Below, piece by piece: positions 57,525 to 64,000 of a DNA stretch of 64,000 nucleotides. Source of the stretch: an uncultured Chthonomonadaceae bacterium (GTDB taxonomy: Bacteria; Armatimonadota; Chthonomonadetes; Chthonomonadales; Chthonomonadaceae); assembly GCA_963835065.1 (NCBI GenBank), contig CAWIEK010000057.1, positions 32,001 to 96,000 of the forward strand, written 5' to 3'. The notes beneath the pieces are model-generated. The model made no database searches. It saw only the letters and a list, made by a program, of their open reading frames with translations, and was not told where the DNA came from. A program made the position numbers and the translations under genes. Each line of letters starts with the position of its first letter. Position 1 is the first letter of the stretch.

Positions 57525-60129
57525 ATGGAGCTTCGATCTTCTCGATTGCCGTTTTCGCCGCGTCCTGTGTGAAGGCGCTGGGCGCGTTGGCGGCAAGGGC
57601 GCGCAGGGCTTCCAGCGCGCCCTTGTCCTTGCGGGCGGCGAGGACGCTGATGGCGGTGCGTTGAACAAACTCCTGCGGGTCGTTGAGCATCGCCATCAGC
57701 GCGTCATGCACGCCGGCATCTCCGAGCGCGAGGGTTTTCAGAGCGCTTGCGGCTTGTAAGCGCGTGAACGCATTGTGTTCCGGCTTCATTGCCTGCAACA
57801 GCAGGGGTACGGCCGCATCGCTCTTCGCCGCTGCCAGCGCCTCCACGCTTGCCAGAGCCAGCGTTTCCCCCGGCGTGACCTGCGCGATGTAATGCTGAAA
57901 CACATCCAGGTTTTGAGTGACATTCGACCCGCCGAGTCCGAGCAGCGCGCCGCGCACAACCGCGTAGGGTTCCGTATCGCTAAGAGCGATACTGCGCAGC
58001 AAGCGGTTGTCCTCGTCTGTGGGCGCTAATTGTCCCAGCGCGGCAAGCGCGGCGGCACGGCGGTAAGGCAATTTGGACAGCGCTTCCGCGTGGAAAAGCG
58101 GGCGCAGTTCCTCGCTCTTGGCGCTGCTCAGGCTTCTAATCAGGGTCGCGCCCAGGCTGTTGCCCGGTTCCACCTTCAACACGTCGGTGAACAGGGCGAT
58201 TTTGCCGGCATCCAGGCTTTCCCCCGTCAATTTATTTGCCGCATAAGTTCGGTCTACGGAATTGGGCGCGACACGCAGCAGCAGCGCCATGTCCGCGTCC
58301 GTCCAATGGTTGTCCGGCACTTCCTTGAGCAGATCGTGATCCGGGTCCAGCAGCACAAGCGCGGGCTTTTCCGCGCAGGGCAGATGGAACTCCTGCGTGG
58401 CCTGATTGAGAACCACCCGCTGGCGCTGCAAGGCTTTGCTTCCGGTCTGCGCTCCGCTCCGAGGTTTCTCGCTTGACAGGGCCGCTTGCTTCAAGCCGGA
58501 TGGGGCGGTTCCCATTCCACGCGCCAGGCCGAACGTCACGGGCATGGTGTAAATGGGTGTGCCGTCCGTCGTGTTTTGCAGTTGCTTGACCGTCGCAACC
58601 ACTTCCTTGCGTCCCTCATCATACGTCCACGTCATGTCCAGCACGGGATGGCCGGGCTTGCGTATCCACTGGTCGAAAAACGGCTTGATGTCGTGGTGGG
58701 TTTCTTCCGTGATGGCTTTTTCCAGGTCACTGGTTTCCACCGCTTTATACTCGTTGGCTTTCAGATAGCGGCGCAGGCTGGCGAAAAAGGCTTTGTCGCC
58801 GAGTTCCCGGCGCAGCATGTGCAAAATCACGCCGCCCTTCGCATAAGTGTGCCCCTGCTCGAACATGGCATCGTAGCTGGCATAGGTGTTGGTGCTGAGG
58901 GCGCGCTTGGAACGCGCCGCCGAAGCCAGGTAGGAGCGCGTGTTCCCCTCCACTTCGGCTTCGTAGGTTTCCCTGCCGTTGAGATGTTCCATATAAAACA
59001 TCTCCATGAAGGTCGCAAAACTCTCGTTGAGCCAGATGTCGCCCCAATCTTTACACGTCACCAGGTCGCCGAACCACTGGTGGCCGAGTTCGTGCGAGGT
59101 CAGGCTGGACATGGGGAATTTGTCGCCACGCGGTTCGGCCAGGCTGCGCGATCCCAGCGTGGTCGCGCTGACGTTTTCCATGCCGCCGGGAAAATCGAAC
59201 ACCCAGTCCTGCGCGTACTTGGGCCAGGGATACTTGACGCCCAGATTGTCGGAAAACCAACTCAGCATATCGGGCGTATTGCCGAACGATTCGGGAATCT
59301 GCTTTCCCATGCCTTTGGGAACGACATAATAAAGGGGAACGCCGCGCCACATATCTTTTTGCACGTCCAGTTCGCCGCCGACAAGGGACAGCAGGTACGT
59401 GGAGTGGGGCTGCTTCATTGTCCAGTGAAACGTGCGGGTGTGCGCGTCGGCGTTGAGCGTGGCGGGAGTCTCGAAGCCATTGCCGATGACGGTCCACTCT
59501 TCCGGCACGGTGGTATGGGTTTCGCTGGTGCATTTGTCATTGGGATAATCGTAGCAGGGAACCCACGAACTGTTGGTGTTGGTTTCGCCCTGCGTCCAGA
59601 ACCCCGGTCGGCGGGCCGGCTGATTGGGGCGGGGGTCAATCCACGTGAACCCGCCCGCGCCGTTTGCGCCCGCTCGTGTGCGCGCGCCGACAGCAGGCAT
59701 CGTATAAGCGATTTCTACGGCCACTTCCTTGCCGCCGGCCAGGGGCGCGGCGGGCGTCAGGGTCAGCTGGTTGTTCTGCTGCGCAAAAGGAACATCCGTG
59801 CCGTTGATTTTGCAGGTTTCGATTTTCAGGTTGTCGCGGGCGTCCAAAACTACGGTTGCCAGCGAATCGCGCAGGGGCGTCAGGTAGTGCGTGACGACGC
59901 CATGCGCGGAGTGTTCTTTGGCATTGACATCGAAAATAAGTTTGAGATGCCGCACATGGTAATCGCGGACGCGCTCGGCATGGACGGTGGCGACGGGACG
60001 GTCATTGCGCCGCGCGTTCTGGCCGAATCCGCCCTGCGCCCCTGACATGGGCGCGAGCAGGCTCAAACCGGCAATGGCGGCAAGCGCGGCGAAACCGGCG
60101 CGAAATGGCAACATGGAAAAAGGCTTCAA
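57523..60129 (-). CDS. M1 family aminopeptidase with C-terminal HEAT repeats
   Basis: GGMEN, HELGHQWFGDLVT...WLNESFA, YAKGG; AAGGAG upstream of TTG. Confidence 0.93.
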   Translation of the reverse strand: MKPFSMLPFRAGFAALAAIAGLSLLAPMSGAQGGFGQNARRNDRPVATVHAERVRDYHVRHLKLIFDVNAKEHSAHGVVTHYLTPLRDSLATVVLDARDNLKIETCKINGTDVPFAQQNNQLTLTPAAPLAGGKEVAVEIAYTMPAVGARTRAGANGAGGFTWIDPRPNQPARRPGFWTQGETNTNSSWVPCYDYPNDKCTSETHTTVPEEWTVIGNGFETPATLNADAHTRTFHWTMKQPHSTYLLSLVGGELDVQKDMWRGVPLYYVVPKGMGKQIPESFGNTPDMLSWFSDNLGVKYPWPKYAQDWVFDFPGGMENVSATTLGSRSLAEPRGDKFPMSSLTSHELGHQWFGDLVTCKDWGDIWLNESFATFMEMFYMEHLNGRETYEAEVEGNTRSYLASAARSKRALSTNTYASYDAMFEQGHTYAKGGVILHMLRRELGDKAFFASLRRYLKANEYKAVETSDLEKAITEETHHDIKPFFDQWIRKPGHPVLDMTWTYDEGRKEVVATVKQLQNTTDGTPIYTMPVTFGLARGMGTAPSGLKQAALSSEKPRSGAQTGSKALQRQRVVLNQATQEFHLPCAEKPALVLLDPDHDLLKEVPDNHWTDADMALLLRVAPNSVDRTYAANKLTGESLDAGKIALFTDVLKVEPGNSLGATLIRSLSSAKSEELRPLFHAEALSKLPYRRAAALAALGQLAPTDEDNRLLRSIALSDTEPYAVVRGALLGLGGSNVTQNLDVFQHYIAQVTPGETLALASVEALAAAKSDAAVPLLLQAMKPEHNAFTRLQAASALKTLALGDAGVHDALMAMLNDPQEFVQRTAISVLAARKDKGALEALRALAANAPSAFTQDAAKTAIEKIEAP

Positions 60130-60365
60130 CGGAAACTCCTTGCAAAATCGTGGGCACGAGGGAAGAGGATCAAAAATAGCGAATACAATCACGCGAACAC
60201 AGCCCTATCAACGGACGCGCAACCTACCGCTATATTACCACAATCCGGCGCAATCTAGCAGGTATGAAAGAGAAGAATACAGAGGAAAGGAGAATTCCAA
60301 CCAACATAAAAAGTTTAAAATGTGGAACAACCATCACGAGATTATCAATTCACCGCCGGGAGTTA

Positions 60366-60725
60366 TTACACGCGGCCCAGAACATCGTCTCCAATGCGAA
60401 CGCCATACAGAGGAGCATCAGGACGTTTTTCCAAAATCATGTCGGCGGCAGCGCTGACAGTCTCGCCAATTGCATATTCTTCCGTATCCATTGCAATTAC
60501 AAGAATCAGGCCGGCGTACTTTCGGGGTGAGTTGATGTCCAGATGCACGAACGGAAAGTAGATGCGTTTCGTATTTCCTTCCCAACCGGTCGTGACAATC
60601 ATGTAGCGGTCGCGCTCCTGATCGAAAATGGCCTCATTTGTCACACTCGGGCTGGAAAAGCGGAGTTGCGCGAGGGGCATAAGAACATCGCGCACAATGT
60701 GACGATAACATTCTATTTTATCCAT
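60366..60725 (-). pseudogene. Truncated XisI-like gene fused to an unrelated small-protein C-terminus
   Basis: MDKIECYRHIVRDVL...IFDQERDRYMIVTTGW...VHLDI, then unrelated sequence. Confidence 0.7.
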
Positions 60726-60785
60726 TGCGTTATCTTCTCCCTCTCCGTATCGAACACGATCAGGCGCAATGTCTTTCGCGGACAT
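60713..60785 (-). pseudogene. Internally deleted XisH-like remnant
   Basis: MSAKDI joined out of frame to LRLIVFDTEREKITQWIK*, overlapping the XisI start. Confidence 0.65.
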
Positions 60786-60853
60786 GGTGTTTTGCTCTTG
60801 CTGAATTATACCATAGCCCGTCAGGAGTGAATAGTCGCAACCGCCAACACGCC

Positions 60854-60884
60854 GCGAAGTCCTGCCGACACAGCAGGACTTCGC
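60854..60884. repeat. REP-like hairpin (copy 1)
   Basis: gcgaagtcctgc-7nt-gcaggacttcgc; second copy at 62702-62739. Confidence 0.8.
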
Positions 60885-60972
60885 AGGCAGTACTTTGGCT
60901 TCAGGAGGCCGCTTGTACAACACATTGAAACCCCTGAGATTGGTGTATAATACGGATAAGGAGATAGCGATT

Positions 60973-61344
60973 ATGCAAACGGCTCTGCGCCTGCAAACGA
61001 CGGTTCTGCCCGGACAGCGCATTGAGGTTTCTGCGCCCGAACTGCTGGAAGGCGATACGGTAGAACTGATTATCCTCAGCGCGAACACGACTTCTGCGGG
61101 GCGGTATCCTGCCGCGCTGGAGGCCGCCTACGATACGTTGATCCAGAAGAAATTGGCGGGAACGCTGACCTCCGAAGAGACTCTGCGCCTTCAGGCGGCG
61201 CGGGAAGAGATAAGCGCCATAGATCAAACTTATCCCGATATTCGCGCGCAGCAGGCGCACAAATTAAGCGAGGAACTGGCGCAGATACGCGCTGAATTAC
61301 AAGCCTTGCCTCCAATCTGTCAGCCGACACCCCCATTGCCATGA
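60973..61344 (+). CDS. Hypothetical antitoxin-like protein
   Basis: MQTALRLQTTVLPGQRIEVSAPELLEGDTVELII; TAAGGAG RBS; TATAAT upstream. Confidence 0.6.
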   Translation: MQTALRLQTTVLPGQRIEVSAPELLEGDTVELIILSANTTSAGRYPAALEAAYDTLIQKKLAGTLTSEETLRLQAAREEISAIDQTYPDIRAQQAHKLSEELAQIRAELQALPPICQPTPPLP

Positions 61345-61406
61345 TCTTTGCTCGCAGCCAACCGGAACGCGAAATAGTCAGTAGCTCATGTCTTGCCTGA
61401 TTTTTA

Positions 61407-61829
61407 TCAGACAGACCAATCTTCCACTTTCAAGCCGGGTACTCTCTGGAAGTCGGACAGATTACGGGTCAACAGAACGGCATCATTGGCAAGCGCGATA
61501 GCGGCAATCTGCAAATCTTTTGTGCCAACGCGAAGACGTGACTGCCGCAAGCGTTCGTAGATGGCAGCGGCGTTCTCGTCATAATCCAGAATAGGAATGC
61601 GGCGAAACCTTTCCACATGACTCCGCAATTTCGCATACGCTTCAATCTGCTTTGAGGGCGTATTTGCTCGCGCGACATAAGCCAGCCAGCCGCGCATTTG
61701 TTCTTCATACGTGATAATGCTAACGGCAACGTCCTCTTGCGGCAATGCGGCCAGACGCCTGCCGAGATTGAAAGCCTCGATGGTATCCAAATCCAGTATG
61801 CTGAGATGGTCGGTATCCAGAACGCGCAT
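61407..61829 (-). CDS. vapC: VapC-type PIN-domain toxin
   Basis: VLDTDHLS, ITYEE, DLQIAAIAL, LLTRNLSDF. Confidence 0.92.
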   Translation of the reverse strand: MRVLDTDHLSILDLDTIEAFNLGRRLAALPQEDVAVSIITYEEQMRGWLAYVARANTPSKQIEAYAKLRSHVERFRRIPILDYDENAAAIYERLRQSRLRVGTKDLQIAAIALANDAVLLTRNLSDFQRVPGLKVEDWSV

Positions 61830-62044
61830 CAGGAGCCAGTTTCCTCGTCTTCTACCTGCTGCGATTGCCGCCACTCGCGCCCTAATTGCATGGCTTCGAC
61901 GTACGCCGGATCGTTCTTGAACGTGCCGCGTATTTCTTCCCACCAGGGTTTTTTAACAGGCGCGGCATCCGCGCGTTGCCGCTTCAACGCTTCCACTTCC
62001 GCTTCCAATCGCGTCAGACGTTCTTCTATTTCGGTGACTGCCAT
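61829..62044 (-). CDS. Cognate antitoxin
   Basis: 71 aa; TGATG overlap with vapC; GGAGG RBS; PWWEEIRGTF. Confidence 0.8.
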   Translation of the reverse strand: MAVTEIEERLTRLEAEVEALKRQRADAAPVKKPWWEEIRGTFKNDPAYVEAMQLGREWRQSQQVEDEETGS

Positions 62045-62701
62045 AAAGGAAACCTCCTCCCTAAATTGCTCTGCACAGCCAGATTATACCACAGCCCCAC
62101 TCTCACGCCATGCGTTTGCGGCGTATCTAGGCGCCTATCGCGTCAGGCCGGGCGTTTCCTCCTGAATCCACCCGGCAGGAAAGCGCAAGCATCCTGCGAA
62201 CGCCCTCCCAAGCTTGTCAGGAGAGGATCGAGGCAAAAGCAAAGGATGAAGGATGAGGGTATGTAGAGACAGCGTCGAAATCTTGGCAATGCAGCGCTTC
62301 CAGCCCAGTGTCTCGTTGTGTCAAATTGTAAGTAGAGGCGTCGTGACCTCAGAGGCGTCAGGGCGAACGGGAAGAGTTTACAGGCATCTTCTTGCACCTC
62401 CCTTCTGTGTTAGGGTTTTAGGTTGTTAGGTTGAGAGTTGAGAGTTGATAGAAACTACGAACGTTCTACGGCCCACCACCTGGCTGATTAGTAGACGTTT
62501 GTATCTAGTAGACAGGAGGAGTGGGGCGATAGTTTCGGTTTTTTAGCGCTGTACGGCTTTTTTGCTGTCTTTTTGCTGGATTGTGGCTGTGGGAAGAATC
62601 GGGAGAGGGCGCTTGCTTCGGTTCGTGCCTCTATCCCTTCCCGGTTACAGCTCCTGAAATCATTCGCACATTATCGTAACGTTTGCGAATTGCCACAAAA
62701 A

Positions 62702-62739
62702 CCGCGAAGTCTTGCCGCCATAGCAGCAGGACTTCGCGG
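62702..62739. repeat. REP-like hairpin (copy 2), possible terminator
   Basis: ccgcgaagtcttgc-10nt-gcaggacttcgcgg. Confidence 0.8.
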
Positions 62740-62791
62740 ATAGGATGCCTTGAACTGTAGGGTCCCTGTCTTGGAAGATGATTCGCGCGGG

Positions 62792-64000
62792 TTAGCGGCT
62801 GCCCTGTCCGGCCAGAACCCGCGTGGCGTAGGTGATGGGCTTGCCGGTGTCGCTGTTGGTGAAATCCAGCGTCACCGTCACGCTTGCGCCTGCCGCCATA
62901 TCGCCCGCCTGTATGGTGAGGTACGGACTGCCTGCCGGTGTGGTCGCGCTCGTGACGCCGGTTTTGTTGAACAGCGCGGCATTGCTGCTCAGGCCATCCA
63001 GCACCAGCGAAACCGGACCGGCAATGGCGGAACTGCCCGTGTTCTTGACCGTGACGCGTCTGCGCGAAACGCCCGGTGGCGCGGTTGAAGCGGAAGGCGC
63101 TGCGCGTGACGCTGACCTGCGAAGAAACGTCTGTAGCGATGTTGGGAAGTTGCGTGACGGTATCCGGCTGCGAGTGCGCGTTTTCCAGGTTGAAGGTGTT
63201 GTCCCGCGCCTGACTGTAAAAGGCATACGTGTGCCCGCCCACGCCCGTAAACGTCGCGCTCGTGTCCGTCGTATTCGTCAGCCAGGGCGTGTACGCGCCG
63301 CCGTTGTCCGAAACATAGATGGTGAAGTCCCGCAATCCCGAACCTACATCCTGCCCCTTCCACGACACAGGGAAGTTCAGCGCGTTCTGCACCCCCGCCA
63401 GTGGGTTTACCTGACTGCTCGGCTTGTCGTTGTCAATGGTATTGAACCAGATGGGTGTGAGCATGGCGGCATTCGCATCGAACACGATGGAAGCCTGATC
63501 GCGGACGATGGTTCCGGTTTTCAGGTTCTTGCGCGGCATGACGGTGAACAGCATACTGCCTTCCTGCCCCGGATCAAGGAAGCCGTTGGGATCGTCGGGA
63601 GCGAGCGGCAGACCAGTAGCCGGATTGATGGAGGTAAACGTCCACGCCAGTAGGCCGTTGTCAAGGTTCAGCTTCGCATTGACATGCACCAGCAGATTCT
63701 TCGTCGGGCGCAGGTCTACGTCGGCGTCGTACTCCCGAACGCCCGCAATGGGGTTGATATGATCTTCGGGCGTGACGGTCTGATTGCCGATAGTGATGGT
63801 TCCCAAACTTAGCGTACTCAGGTCCGCGCCGGGCAAGTCCAGTTGATCCGTGACTTTGATCACCTGCGCCGCCGCTGTCGCTTCCGGCTTATTGGCGAAG
63901 AAGACGGTATACGGCATAGGCTGTGAGCCTGATACCCACTGCGGAGCGCCGAACCCTATCGTTCCAGCGATGTCGTTTGGATCACCGGATGTGATATTCT
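62792..64000 (-). CDS. C-terminus of a large extracellular Ig/FN3-rich protein (5' end outside the window; frameshift near 63056)
   Basis: SGDPND...YTVFFAN...TDQLD...QASIVFD module; FN3-like VSWKGQDVGSG...YAFYSQARD; terminal VTVKNTG...VLAGQGSR. Confidence 0.75.

Noticed and set aside
52434..60045. Long antisense ORFs (52434-54482, 54479-55525, 58486-60045)
   Set aside because: High-GC shadows of the GH2, GPx fusion and M1 peptidase genes.
62100..62400. Structured ncRNA upstream of the antitoxin
   Set aside because: Several short alternative stems but no match to a family I can recognise; an Rfam/Infernal search would be needed.
4555..63060. Widespread pseudogenisation or programmed frameshifting (metallophosphoesterase, cca, K channel, fliF, rlmN, lptC, hsp70, FGE protein, Gly-rich genes, terminal gene)
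   Set aside because: The breaks are isolated 1-2 nt indels, often in homopolymers, in otherwise intact and partly essential genes. This pattern is typical of long-read consensus error.

Overview
GC-rich bacterial chromosomal window. The lineage is probably Armatimonadota or a related diderm Terrabacteria group; this is an inference from PEP-CTERM proteins, an lptC-lptA-lptB-lptF/G-DUF3084-yqgF block and a flagellar basal-body operon. It holds about 60 CDS: cysH/cysC, cca, flgBC-fliEFGH, rlmN, the lpt operon, panD, an atypical Hsp70, NfeD/SPFH, a VapBC pair, xisH/xisI remnants, a cluster of four Gly/Ser/Thr-rich exported proteins beside an aeRF1-like gene, a monoheme cytochrome c-glutathione peroxidase fusion and a DUF3494 ice-binding PEP-CTERM protein. 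About a dozen genes carry 1-2 nt frameshifts, most likely long-read errors. The most striking unexplained signal is a set of miniature palindromic elements. (i) Hairpins of roughly 105-160 bp, whose arms are tandem 7-mers of at least ten sequence types, fill almost every gene junction of the flagellar and lpt operons, supply stop codons, and are also inserted in frame inside protein genes. (ii) Nested 130-360 bp palindromes built from 8/9-mer units lie just after stop codons. No transposase, rRNA, tRNA or CRISPR array was recognised.
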